Positions 1 through 11,975 of a stretch of 64,000 nt of DNA are shown here, in pieces. The notes below the pieces were generated by a model. The model was not told the DNA's origin. It did not search any database and saw nothing but the letters and a program-made list of their open reading frames with translations. The DNA is from Squalus acanthias (taxonomy: Eukaryota). The position numbers were made by a program, and so were the translations under genes. Positions within the stretch are counted from its first letter, which is position 1, and each line of letters begins with the position of its first letter. The stretch spans positions 119,290,001 through 119,354,000 of the forward strand of contig CM059432.1 in assembly GCA_030390025.1 (NCBI GenBank). The letters are read 5' to 3'.

Positions 1-33
1 TGCCTTTGCCTGTCCTAGTGCTCCTATGCGCTG

Positions 34-1740
34 CTACCCCAATGGCTGCAGCATGGCTGGTGGAAGGCTGCTGACTTTCAGTGGAGGAAACTGCAGATAG
101 CCTTGGAGAATGACCTCGAGCAGCTCTGAGCCTAGAAGGCCTGGCTTCAGACTGCACCATCTCGGCATGGGCGGCAGTCTGGGCTGGCTGGCTGACAGGC
201 AACAGCAAGGGCACTGATGGAGTGGCAGGGGTGAGAGCATGAATGCTGTCATCCAGAGAGAGGACAGCAGGTTCGTGCTCCATAGAGCCACTGCCACTCC
301 CCCGGGGCAGCACCTCAGCAATCCTAGTAATCTGTTGGAGAACAGATTGATGGACTGCTGTGACACCCTGGGAGCCCCTTTGAACACTAGAATCCAGAGC
401 CATGATGGCAGAGTCTGAGCTTCCACTGCAGCACTCAGATGTTGGGTGGCCGTTGCTTGTGCTGCAATGGAAGCTGAGACATCGGCCATCAGACGTTGCA
501 TCATGGATGGTTTCACAAGTGTGTTGATGGAGTTGGCCACCAGTTCCATGCTGGAAAGGATGAGCACCAAGCTCTGTGCTAAGCCCTCTGCCAAGTTGGT
601 GCCGGACTCCTCCATGCTCCTTGACATTGAACGCAGGCTATCTGGCAGGCTTCCAAATGCTCCAAGCATTTTGTTGTGTACATCCATCAGCCTTCTTCTG
701 TAGCCTGGCCCATCGAAGTCCTCATTGAGTCATCTGCAGCAGAACCTGTGTGCGACCTCGCCCTCCAGCGAGCTGGCACCAGTGCTATCCTATGCCCTTT
801 GCCCTGGCTGCAGCACACTTGTGCCCGGTGTCTCACCACGTGCAGATCCAACCTCTATGCTATCCTCTAAGATACGTGCAGTTTCAATATCTGAGCTGAT
901 GGCTGCGAGTGTGAAATCAAGTGACAGTGTGTCTTCATCATCGCTCTCTTCCTGCTTTTCCACCACAGCCGGGGCAGGCTGCAGTTCTTCTTTTTCTCTG
1001 AAATGAATAAAGGAGAAGGGTTGGTTTGTGGTGAGGGGAGAGGAGAAAGCAAAAAGTGCATGCTTATACCATCTGCAGCTTGTAAGTCAGAAAAGAGTTG
1101 GGGATGTGGATACCATCATCTTCAATGGTGTCAGCCCCGCTGGTGGCCATGGCCGCAGCAATTGCCCTTCCCATAATGGCCAGCACTGTCTCCTCCTTGG
1201 GGGTTAGAACATGCAGGCGCGCCTCTCTCCCTCCAGTTAGTTTCTGCTGCCTCCGGTTGTGAGCCACCTTCTCCTCCAAGAGAAAAGGAAGTGTGTCAGT
1301 GAATCTGTTTAGGTGATGTTGCTGTTATGGTTGAATAGCTGGCAGTGTGTGCATGGTGTGAGATCCGGGTGTGAGGTTTGCAACAGTGCTAAGTGTGTGA
1401 GAGTGAGGTGAAGTTAGATATGAGTTCTGATTGATAGAGATTGTTGGTAAGTGATGGGGGTGTGGTGAGGCTAGTGGTGCAGTTGGTGGGATATGGCATT
1501 TGAAGATGCATTCACTGACCTTGACCACTCGTGTGAGGTCATTAATCTTCTTGCAGCACTGCCTCCAGATCCTTGGCTAAACTCCTGGCTTTGACCTCTG
1601 AGGCTATCTGTTTCCACTGCCTTCTCGTCGTGTGGCCTCCTGCCCCCCTGAGGATCTCTCCTCCTTTCCACCTCCTCCACCAAGACCTCCAGTGCAGTGT
1701 CCAAAATTCTAGGGGCCCACTCTCTCCCATGGTCAGCCAT
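34..1740 (-). pseudogene. Degenerate Harbinger-type Myb/SANT (trihelix) DNA-binding gene, 3 exons (about 1740-1520, 1276-1107, 997-34), in an old Harbinger relic extending to about 2046
   Basis: Peptides MADHGREWAPRILDTALEVLVEEVERRRD and EKVAHNRRQQKLTGG..LTPKEETVLAIMG parallel exons 1 and 2 of the intact-looking Myb genes at 18580-20631 and 42460-44305; frameshifts present. Confidence 0.75.
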
Positions 1741-2435
1741 TGATCTCTCTTTCCCAGGTCAGATTCAGTTGCAGAACGACTTCCAGCACCTGTTCCAACC
1801 ACAATGCTCCTCCCCTTTAAGAGGTGCAGGCCAGCTTTAAGTATGCAAGTTACTAACGATATTGGGCTCACTGCTGATGCATGCAGCCAATGAACAGCGC
1901 GGTTAGCACTGGCTGCACACAGAAATCATTATAATGAGCAGGCAGCATGAATTTGGGGTGCTGCCTGCATTACACTGAACAGACGCGGGTTAGTCGCGCA
2001 TCACAATCCTCAAGCCCATTTTTGGAGGCTTCCAATTTAACCCCCCACTGGCTCCAGATAGCCCACCCTTTGACTTCCGTGTGCTCCTAGCACTTCATGT
2101 GTTACATGCCAGGAGCACGGGATAAAATGGTAATGAACTGACTTTGCAAATGCATGCAGCACCCAATCACAGATACCCAATGAGGCACCTGGAGTGCCAA
2201 AAAATTTGCCCTATTCTGTTGAATACTGTTGATTTAGTGTTTGTCTGAATGCTGGGTTCCACATTATTCATTACACTCACGGGAAATAAATAATTGTGTA
2301 AGACGTGGATGGAACTCCCTTTGAAGGATCCAATTGTGCTACATTAGGGGTGTAGATGTTTGCAGAGGCTGAAGAGGATGGCTGCAGTTTTGTGGACATT
2401 TAACTGGAAATGTTATGGTTCATCAAAGTCTTACA

Positions 2436-3030
2436 GCTGAATTTTAGCATCCAAAAATGGATGGGTTGGGGCCGGGGTCAGATGTTAAAAGGCTAAAAAT
2501 CTGAAACCAACCCCGACACGCCTCCAACCCACCCATATCCGGGTTTAATGAAGGCAGGACAAGGGGCGGGCAGCCATCCCGCTCCCAGGAGGGTGGTTGG
2601 CAATTTAAACATTTTAATGAGGCTGGCAGCCTCTGATTTAACCCACTTTGCAGATTTTACAGTGGCCGGCCGGGTTTCCCAGGCCTCGGGAAACCTGGCA
2701 GCTGAAGGGAAGCGAGGACAGCTTCGGGGAGAAGGTAAATGCCTATCCAGCACTGCTTGTGGGCCAGGAGAAGCAGGAGAGCTCTCCCCTGGCCCCCCAA
2801 GCTTAGCCTCTCATTAGACCCCCCAACCCCCACACAAAGACCACCGGGATCGGACCCCCACCCCCGCCCCCCCACCCTTGCAGTCGGGGATCGGACCTAC
2901 CTGCTCCTACAGTCTGCTCCGAAGTCCTCCCCATCTGATGAGAAGCCAAGCCTGTCAATCAGGCTGACTTCCCAGCGGGGAACCTGTCTAGTCCAAAATA
3001 CGCACACTGTGGAGTTAAAACTCCACAGCA
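2436..3030. mobile_element. Non-autonomous Harbinger-like fragment, related to 32809-33140
   Basis: Starts GCTGAATTTTAGC. Body is similar to 32809-33140, e.g. the shared GGCAGCCA.CCCG.TCCCAGGA and TTTCCCAGGCCTCGGG. Confidence 0.5.
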
Positions 3031-3039
3031 TGCGGGGAA

Positions 3040-3575
3040 ACCTTTCTCATCTAACCCCATCAACATATCCTTCTATTCCTTTCTCCCTCACGTGTTTATC
3101 TAACTTCCTCTTAAATACATCTATGCTATTCGCCTCAACTACTCCTTATGGTAGCACGTTCCATATTCTAACTACACTCTGGGTAAAGAAGTTTCTCCTG
3201 AATTCCCGAGTGGATTTATTAGTGACTATCTTATATTTATGGCCCCTAGTTCTGGTCTCCCCCACAAGTGGAAACATCTCTACGTCTACCCTACCAAACC
3301 TTTTTATAATCTTAAAGACCTCTATCAGGTCACCCCTCAGCCTTCTCCTTTCTAGAGAAAAGAGCCCCAGCCTGTTTAATCTTTCCTGATAAGTATAACC
3401 TCTTAGTTCTGGTATCATTCTAGTAAATCGTTATTGTACCTTCACTGGTGACACTAGATCCTTTTTATAATATGAGGACCAGAACATGTTCACAGTTCTC
3501 CAAGTGTGGTCTAACCAAGGTTCTATACAAGTTTAACATAGTTTCTCTGCTTTTTAATGCTACCCTCTAGAAATG
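3040..3575 (-). mobile_element. CR1 LINE 3' fragment (end of ORF2)
   Basis: ORF 3146-3418 reads YQERLNRLGLFSLERRRLRGDLIEVFKI...RRNFFTQSVVRIWNVLP, the canonical CR1 ORF2 C-terminus. Confidence 0.9.
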
Positions 3576-3639
3576 AACCCCATATTGGGGGCTTCATGGA
3601 CTGAGAGAATTTTAGTAAAGCCAGGGAATGTGGTGGAGG

Positions 3640-4330
3640 AGAAACTGTGGATAAGGGAGGGGAGTGCTCAGATGGGAAGAGAGCAAGGAGAGGGTTCGAG
3701 CAAGGCGACAGTGAGTTGGAGGGTCGTGGGAGGCCAAGGCAACAGGGAAAATGCCTTGATTTTGAACAGGAATAAGTCCATGAGCACCACACATTTCATG
3801 TCTTATAAAGGGTGTAGTGGGAGGTAATTGGTGGGAGGTGATTGAAGCTGACAGTTTACAGTGGAGAAGTGGAGTTTGTAATTTTTAATGTTTTTCAAGT
3901 CAATCTTAGAGAATTGTAAGGATTTAGCCATGGAAAAGAATCAGTGGTTGAGCTACAAAGTGGCCGAACCATATTTGGTAATGGAGAGCTAGATTGATTG
4001 GTCGGCAATTTTGCTGAACCTTATGACCTGAGGATTTGAGGTCATGGAGATTGTTGTTGTACTAGGGGAATAGTGGGGATAGGAGACTATCCGGGATCCA
4101 AATGAGTCAGTGATATTCAAAGAAGAGAGGGGACAGTGTGGGGCAGAGTTCCAGACATGGTAGGCCAGACTTGAGGGAGGCTTGGAGTGTTAGAAGGCAT
4201 GTGTGAAGAGGTTCGCAGGTAGTGTAATGTGATAATAGAGGAGTTCGGGGCAGGCAAGGGGATACATAGGAGAAAGGGATGAGGGAATGATGAGAGGGAC
4301 ACCTGTCAGTGATTGTCTGGAGGCAATATA
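3640..4330 (-). mobile_element. Old, degenerate L2-like LINE fragment
   Basis: Pyrimidine-rich minus strand resembling the L2 ORF2 linker region; no intact ORF. Confidence 0.4.
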
Positions 4331-4905
4331 TAATAACAAGATCGAGGGAGTGGCCTTGTGGGTTTATTGAGGAGTCAACTGGGAATTTGGTTAGTAGATA
4401 TTACAGTTTGTCACTGAGTAGAACATTCTTTAAGTTTAATAGTTGAGGCTACGTCTGCAAAAATTATTTTATGAGTACTAACATCAGACATAAGAACCCA
4501 GTTGCAGTACTGCAAAGGGAGAAACCTAAGCTTCCAAGCAACAGTAGATTTGTTAATTCTAACAAAATAAGTACTGTTTGAAAGTCTTCCATCTTAATGC
4601 AGTGTCAGAAAGCATTTTGAAATATTCCAAATTCCTAATGGCATATAACTTTAGAACAGATTACTGTCATTTCGATACTAAATGACTAACAAGTAATTTG
4701 TGCATCTGTTGAAATCAAATGCCAATTTTCACAGTCAATCAAAACCAGGTCAAGCTTACTTTTGTCCTGCCACTCAAACAGATGCTTACGTTGGAGCTAT
4801 GTGATGTGTATCAGCTATACTTACAGATAAGTGTCTGTTTCGCTGTTGCAGATTTGAGTTGAAATACGCAGGGCTTCACCGCACTCAACAGCAACTCAGT
4901 TAAAA

Positions 4906-5117
4906 ATAAAATAAAAACAGAAAATGCTGGGAGTACTCAGCAGGTCAGGCAGCATCTGTGGAGAGAGAAACAGAGTTTCAGGGTTCTGACGAAAGTTCAT
5001 CAATCTGAAACGTGAACTCTGTTTCTCTCTCCACAGATGCTGCCTGACCTGTGGATTAGTTCCAGCATTTTCTGTTTTTATTTCAGATTTCCAGCATCCG
5101 CAGTATTATGCTTTTTT
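4906..5117 (+). mobile_element. Penelope-type hairpin (inverted pLTR) insertion with a degenerate hammerhead core
   Basis: Inverted arms CAGAAAATGCTGG...CAGCATCTGTGGAGAGAGAAACAGAG / CTCTGTTTCTCTCTCCACAGATGCTG...CCAGCATTTTCTG; 10-bp TSD TCAGTTAAAA (4896-4905, 5118-5127); CTGACGA (4986) ... GAAAC (5007). Confidence 0.75.
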
Positions 5118-5659
5118 TCAGTTAAAAGTAAGTTCTGCTTATGAGCAAGTAACTGAGGCTTTGATATTACTACATGGTGTAAGATTAGGTGGTTAACATA
5201 CAATTATAGCAGATTAGATATTCTACATATAACCAGCTCACGCTTATAGAAATTTGATTAAGCATTAACATATAAACAGCTAACTCCAGGGAATGATCGA
5301 GTTAGAACCTACCCATAATGCAGAAGGGCCTGGCTAAAAAAATACACCAAGCTGCTTACACTGCAGTATGTTTGAAACCTTGAGCAGTCGAGATAGAGAG
5401 GCACTGAGAAAGTCCAGACCTTGATACGAGAGGCCCAAATCATTCCAGAGTCTAGAGAACATGAGACAAGAAATAAGCAGCTGTGGGAAGAAACAGAACC
5501 GATGTGAGAAGCTGGCTTTAAGGCAGAGAGTTTAAACAGCTTGAAGTTGTAGAGAACAGGCTTCGAGGTCAGAAGACACTCTGTGGGTTATGCTCTCTCT
5601 CTCCATAGGGGAAGGCAGGTAATATAGCTTGTAAAAACAGATACAGCAAAGGTTGTGCG

Positions 5660-6288
5660 CTCCGACAACATCTCGGCTGTCGTGCTGAAGACTTGTGCTT
5701 CAGAACAAGCCGTGCCTCTAGCCAAGCTGTTCCAGTACAGCTACAACACTGGCATCTATCCAACAGTGTGGAAAACTGCTCAGGTATGTCCTGTCCACAA
5801 AAAGCAGGACAAATCCAATCCGGCCAATTACCACCCCATCAGTCTACTCTCAATCATCAGCAAATTGATGGAAGGTGTCGTCGAAGGTGCTGTCAAGCGG
5901 CACTTACTCACCAATAACCTGCTCACTAATGCTCAGTTTGGGTTCTGCCAGGACCAGTCGGCTCCAGATCTCATTGCAGCCTTGGTCCAAACATGGAGGA
6001 AAGAGCTGAATTCCAGAGGTGAGGTGAGAGTGACTGCCCTTGACATCAAGGCAGCATTTGACTGAGTGTGGCATCAAGGGACCCTAGCAAAACTGAAGTC
6101 AATGGGAATCAGGGGGAAAACTCTGCACTGGCTGAAGTCATACCTAGCACAAAGGAAGATGGTTGTGGTGGTTGAAGGTCAATCATCACGGCCCCAGGAC
6201 ATCTCTGCAGGAGTTCCTGAGGGCAGTGTCCTAGGCCCAACCATCTTCAGCTGCTTCATCAATGACCTTCCCTCCATCATAAGGTCAG
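5660..6288 (+). mobile_element. CR1-clade LINE (family B) RT fragment
   Basis: VLKTCA..PLAKLFQYSY..PVHKKQDKSNPANYHPISLLS..QFGF..LDIKAAFD*..GVPEGSVLGPTIFSCFINDLP; highly similar to 28860-30455. Confidence 0.85.
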
Positions 6289-6289
6289 A

Positions 6290-9200
6290 ACGTATAAGAG
6301 TAAACAGGTCTGCAGAGCACAGAGCGGTCTGCACAGAGTGGGATTAAAACGCAGTGTACTTAAACAGAGTGTTTTATTTGGGAATTAGGAGAAGAGGGGG
6401 AAGGAGTTGCTGCTTTTTGCCTACACTACTTGTAGTGCTTTGTGTTACAGGTAGATATTTAATTTCAGTACCCATAACTTAATCTAGATCAAGTAAGTAG
6501 TCAAGAAACTACACTGTAAACTAAGTTACCTAATTACAAATGTAATTAAATAAAACAAGGTGTTATAGGGAAGACAGTGCAGGTGGTGTGCTGCAACTGC
6601 AGCATGTGGGAGTTTGTGGATCCCGGACAAACACGTTTGCAGTAAGTGCCTGCATCTTGAGGAATTTCAGCTCAGAGTTTTTGAGCTGGAGTCTGAGGTG
6701 CAGACATTGTGGGGCATCAAGGATAGGGAGAGTTACCTGGAGACTTTGATCCAGGAGGCAATCACACCCCTTAGGTTAGGTAGTGGTACAGGTCTGGTTA
6801 GTGGTCAGGGACAGGAGGGTGTGACTGCAACTCAGGCAGGTAAGGGGACCCCAGGTGCAGTGCTGGAGGAGCCTCAGCCTTTGCCCTTGTCCAACAGGTA
6901 TAAGGTTCTTGCTGCCTGTGTGGATGAGGAAAAAGCCTGTAGGATGGATGAGCAAGCTGACCATGGCACCATGGTGCAGGAGGCCATTCATGTGGGGGGA
7001 GTGAAAGGGAATGTAGTTGTGGTAGGGGACAGTATAGTCAGGGGGATAGATACGGTTCTCTGCAGCCGCGACCGAGAGTTCCAAAGGTTGTGTTGCCTGC
7101 CCAGTGCCAGGGTTAAAGACATCTCCTCGCAGCTGGAGGAGAACTTGGAGTGGGAGGGGGAGGATCCAGTTGTCATGGTCCACGTAGGAACCAACGACAT
7201 AGGTAGAACTAGGAGTGAGGTTCTGCTGAGGGAGTTTGAGGAGCTAGGATCCAAATTAAAAAGCAGTACCTCAAAGGTAATAATCTCTGGATTGTTACCT
7301 GAGCCACGCGCAAATTGACATAGGGACAAACAGATTAGAGGTTTAAATGCGTGACTCAAAGAGTGGTGTGGGAGGAAGGGGTTTCAGTTCATGGGGCATT
7401 GGCACCAGTACTGGGGAAAGAGGGAGCTGTTCCATTCGGACAGGCTCCACTTAAACTGGGCTGAGACCAGTGTCCTGGTGAACCAAATAATTGGGCTGTA
7501 CACAGGGCTTTAAACTAATGAAGGGGGGTGGGAGGATTCAGGAAAGGGCAAATTTAAAAGCAGCGAGAGAAATGTCAAGGCTCTAGAGCAGAGTAGAGTT
7601 TTGGGTAAAAATAAGCAGAGTGGTTCAGGAAGAGAAAGAGAGAGTAACAAAGGTAATAAGGTATCAGTGACTAAGGTGACATCAGGGAAAAATTGAAATA
7701 AGTCAAAGCTAAAGGCACTATATCTGAATGCGCGAAGCATTCGCAACAAAATAGATGAATTATTAGCGCAGATAGAAATTAATAGGTTTGATCTAATAGC
7801 CATTACGGAGACGTGGTTGCAATGTGGCCAAGGTTGGAAACTAAATATTCCAGGATATTTAACTTAGAAGAGATAGGCAAAATGGAAAAGGAGGAGGGGT
7901 AGCCCTGATATTAAAGGATGGCATTAAGACAGTATAGAGAAAGGATCTTAGCTCCGAAAATCAAGAAGTAGAATCAGTTTGGGTGGGGCAGAAAACTTTG
8001 GTGGGAGTTGTTTATAGGCCCCCAAACAGTAGTTGTAATGTAGGGCAGAGTATAAATCAGGAAATTAAAGGCGCATGAAACAAGGGTAATATAGTAATCA
8101 TGGGAGACTTTAACCTACATATAGACTGGGCAAACTAAATTTGCGGTAATAGTGTGGAGGACAAATTCATGGAATGTATGCAAGATAGTTTTCTAGATCA
8201 GTATGTTGAGGAACCAACTATTTTAGATCTAGTATTGTGCAACGAGAAAGGGTTAATTAATGACCTTGTAATAAAGGCGCCTTTAGGGAAGAGTGGGCAT
8301 AATATGATGGAATTTTATATTGAGTTTGAAAGTGATTTAGTTAAATCCGAAACTATGGTCTTAAATCTAAACAAAGCAAACTACTGAGAGTATGAGAGGC
8401 GAGTTGGCTAAGGTTTATTGGGAAACTACATAGGTATGACAGTAGACAAGCAATGGCTAGCATTTGAAGAATTAATACATAACATACATCAAATATACAT
8501 TCCTTTAAGGCACAAAAACCCCACAGGAAAAGTGGTCCAACCGTGGCTAATAAGAGAAGTTAAAGATAGTATTAGATCAAAGGAAAAGGCTTATATTGTT
8601 GCCAAAAAGAGTAGTAAGCCTGAAGATTGGGAGGATTTTAGAATTCAGCAAAGGAGGACCAAGAAATTGATAAAGAAAGGGAAAATTGAATATGAGAGTA
8701 AACTAGCAAGAGACATAAAAACAGACTGTAACAGCTTCTATAGGTATGTAAAAAGGAAAAGATTAGCGAAAGTAAATGTGGGTCCCTTACAGGCTGAGAC
8801 AGGAGAAATTATAATGGGAATAAGTGTCAGCTGTGGCTCAGGGGGTGGCACACTCGCCTCTGAGCTAGAAGGTTGTGGGTTCAAGTCCCACTCCAGGGAC
8901 TTGAGCACATAAAGCTAGGCTGAAATTCCAGTGCAGTGCTGAGGGAGTGCTGCACTGTCGGAGGTGCCGTCTTTCGGATGAGACGTTAAACCGCGGCCCC
9001 ATCTGCTCTCTCAGGTGGACATAAAAGATCCCATGGCACTATTTTGAAGAAGAACAGGGGAGTTATCCTTGGTGTCCTGGGCCAATATTTATCCCTCAAC
9101 CAAGATAACAAAAACAGATTATCTGGTCATTATCACATTGCTGTTTGTGGGAGCTTGCTGTGTGCAAATTGGCTGCTGCGTTTTCCACATTGCAACAGTG

Positions 9201-9324
9201 ACTCCACTTCAAAAAGTACTTAATTGGCTGTAAAGCGTCTGAGACGTCCGGTGGTCGTGAAAGGCGCTATATAAATGCAAGTCTTTCCTCCTTTCGATTG
9301 GCAGAGAAATTAAACAAATACTTT
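6290..9324 (+). mobile_element. CR1 LINE 5' half: 5'UTR, ORF1 (about 6580-7515) and ORF2 endonuclease plus linker (about 7700-8824, 9296-9324), interrupted by a SINE
   Basis: ORF1 has a CxxC..CxxC Zn finger, a coiled coil and SGNH esterase motifs (VVVGDSIVRG, VHVGTNDIG). ORF2 reads LKALYLNARSIRNKIDEL..IAITETWL, then IMGDFN, then LDLVLCN. Several stops and frameshifts. Confidence 0.9.
8826..9295 (+). mobile_element. tRNA-derived DeuSINE (SacSINE1/AmnSINE-like), full length
   Basis: A box TGGCTCAG..GG (about 8834) and B box GGTTCAAGTCCC (about 8878); Deu-like core GAGGGAGTGCTGCACTGTCGGAGGTGCCGTCTTTCGGATGAGACGTTAAAC; L2-like tail AAGGCGCTATATAAATGCAAGTCTTTC. Confidence 0.85.
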
Positions 9325-9503
9325 GGCCGCGAATTTAATGGAGGAGGCAGGTTGGAGTCGGGTTGCCTGGTGGGCGGAGTCCTGTCTCGCTGCAGGTTTC
9401 AGCAGCTCCTGATTTGAAATTTTAATTTAATTGGCCTTTTTATTGCCGTTGTGCGCGTTGGCCAGTCCAATGACTGGGATCGGGTCTGTTAGTCGCCTCT
9501 GAT

Positions 9504-9735
9504 GACAAAAATGGGAAGTCGCACAACACCAGGTTATAGTCCAACAGATTTATTTAATTTTACAAGCTTTCGGAGCTGTCGCTCCTTCCTCAGGTAAGTC
9601 TGCTAACTTACCTGAGGAAGGAGCGACAGCTCCGAAAGCTTGTAAAATTAAATAAATCTGTTGGACTATAACCTGGTGTTGTGCGACTTCCCATTTTTGT
9701 CCACCCCAGTCCAACGCCGGCATCTCCACATCATG
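9504..9735. mobile_element. Penelope-type miniature insertion: perfect 96-bp inverted repeat, 6-nt loop and 3' tail
   Basis: 9504-9599 is the exact reverse complement of 9606-9701; flanked by direct repeat GCCTCTGAT(GAC) at 9495 and 9736. Confidence 0.85.
9608..9645 (+). ncRNA. Minimal type I hammerhead ribozyme motif (mirror copy on the minus strand at 9560-9597)
   Basis: Stem I UUAC/GUAA; core CUGAGGA plus an extra A; stem II GGAGC-GACA-GCUCC; GAAA; palindromic minimal stem III AGCU; U at the cleavage position. Confidence 0.7.
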
Positions 9736-11926
9736 GCCTCTGATGACGTCATTGCTGCAGTTGTTTTTAAGGGGCCCATGCAGCCTCAGCCTTTCATTTA
9801 TCTTTTCTGCTGGTGTTTGAATGTGCCAAGGCATCAATGAATGGTGCAAAACCAAAGGCTGCTCCACGTTTTAATGAGGACTCCCTCCAAGCTCTTGTGG
9901 AGGGAGTAAGAGGGCGCAGGGAGATTCTGTTCCCTCCCGATGGCCAGAGGAAGCCTCCTCAGCAAACAAAGGCAGCCTGGCCTGCTAACATATGCACCTG
10001 GATCCAGTGCCGGAAACAGTTATAATGATCTTCTGCGATCGGCAAAAGTGAGTATCACATCACACTTACCTTCAATCTGCTTCCCTTCTCTTCTCATCAC
10101 CAGCACTCTGCTTTGTAAGCCTGCTCCTCCACATACCACCTTACGCTTACTTCCCTTGCACCATTACCTATCCATATCTCTCTCTGTACTGAATCACTTC
10201 ACCATCCTATGCACCCCTCACACTCGCTCTCATTGTTATGCAATGACAACAACTAACAACTCACAGGGAGGCAGCTTCCTCTTGGCACCTCACTCTATCT
10301 TGGTCTCCCTTTAAGTTTCTATGTTATGGATTCTTCACAGTCACTCCATCACTCTCGCTGAAACTCCACTTGTGTCCCTCCTTGCAGGAAAAGATAGCCC
10401 ACAATAAGAGGGAGAGAGCGAAGACAGGAGAAGGGCCTCCATCCTTGGCGACATTGACAAGTGCTGAGGAGGCTGCGCACGAGATCATGGGAGGTGACGA
10501 GGAGCTGGAAGTGGGGGACGGAGAGACGGGCGCACTGGACGAAGCTGGTGACAGAATAGATTTTCAACTCTCGCATTTAGATTTCATGATTGACTGTAAT
10601 GGCATGTGATGTTCATAGAGATTGACTTTGGATCATCTGCACAATAGGATGTGTCTGCTACCTAAATATCATTTGTCTAACTCATGCCTTTAATCTCCCA
10701 CAGGACCATCGAGCGCCGCCCTTCCCACTATCCAGGAGGAAGAGCCGACGACTCCTCAGAGGAACCTGCAGCCTCTGAGGGAGCAGCGTCACCAGAAATC
10801 AGCGCACCCAGCAGATACGCAAACCTCGGTGGGACCTTCACGACATAGAGTAGTGTTGTCACCTGGTGTATCACAGCTCACAAGTGAGCATCAGCAGATG
10901 TTGGAGACCACGACAGCAGTGGAGAGTCCTCGTTGGAGGTCACAGGACGTTTCTAGCACTGCTCAGCTGCATGTAGATGCTGTGCCTCTGGGGTGATCCA
11001 GAAAGAGAGCGGTGCTGGAACTCCAGGAACAAGTGCAGGAGTCTCTGACAGGGTTTTCCTCCAGGGTAACAGCGAGTGTGCAGAGAATGGAGGAGTCCAT
11101 CCCAAACATGAGCACTACCTTTGTGGAGGCAGTGGCGCATGAACGTGCCGCCATGGAGAGGGTGGCAACCTCCTTGGAGGACATAAGTCGCCAGACACAC
11201 GAGAACATGATGACTCTTTGAAATAGATGGTCTGCTATAGAGGATAGATGGGCATCTATTGAAGAGAGACACCAGAGGTACATGGATGTCCCCATTATGA
11301 GGATTGTCATTGCTGAGACGGGTCCTCATGGCTCCATTGATGTGCAGCAAGATGCTCTCCAGCCACTTGCTAACACTGAAGTGCGGGCGACCCATGAGAG
11401 GGATGTTGGTGGCAGACAACCAGGAAGTGTGGGCTCCTCTCCAAGTGCTCACACTCCCATGCCACTGCGGAGCCCTCGGTCAGAGCCCCAGAATCCTCAC
11501 CCAACTGGGATGGCCATCTCAGCCCCTGCACAGCCGCAGGAGGAGCAGACTGTTGTGGAGCCCTCCCAGGCTCTCAAACCCAGAGGACGCCCGCCAAAGG
11601 CAACTAAGCAGGCACAGCATCAAAGTAAGCAAGGTGCCTCTACATCTGCTGAAGCCACAGGGGAAGCACCACATAGAAACAGGCGTAAGAGGAAGCTAAC
11701 ACACAAATAGTCACAGGGGTAGTCACTTGGCTGTTTTGTTCTGTTGTATATTTGCCATTGTCATCCTTTTGTGATTTTATTAAACAAAAGTGATGGCAAA
11801 CAGTTGAAGTTCTGGCCAATGGCTTCTGGGAAATGGAAGTTGCACATTGAGGGCTCAGGGCGACTTGCATTTGTGATGATGCTGAGACTGATAGGAAAGC
11901 ACCGTTTATTGGAGAGATGATGTATG

Positions 11927-11975
11927 GGCCTAAAAATTCGGTTGCTTTGCACTTCCCGTTAGCGCCCTAAGAGGC
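11927..11975 (+). mobile_element. Truncated left end of the young Harbinger family
   Basis: GGCCTAAAAATTCGGTTGCTTTGCACTTCCCGTTAGCGCC matches the left ends at 16620 and 52122. Confidence 0.7.

Larger units (their letters stand above)
9325..11900 (+). mobile_element. Harbinger relic carrying a degenerate 3-exon Myb/SANT gene (about 9837-10048, 10388-10547, 10704-11710)
   Basis: Terminus-like GGCCGCGAATTT; peptides KAAPRFNEDSLQALVEGVRGRREILFP..WIQCRKQ and EKIAHNKRERAKTGEGPPSLATLTSAEEAA; basic C-terminus RNRRKRK. Confidence 0.8.

Noticed and set aside
2281..2403. Possible minus-strand host exon (TTTCCAG acceptor, GTGAGT donor)
   Set aside because: Stops in all frames from that acceptor, no recognisable peptide and no partner exons
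4825..4905. Possible small host exon near splice-like signals
   Set aside because: Signals are ambiguous on both strands and the translation is unrecognisable
8826..8900. tRNA genes (also at about 21590-21658 and 47010-47080)
   Set aside because: These are A/B-box heads of SINEs and continue into SINE bodies
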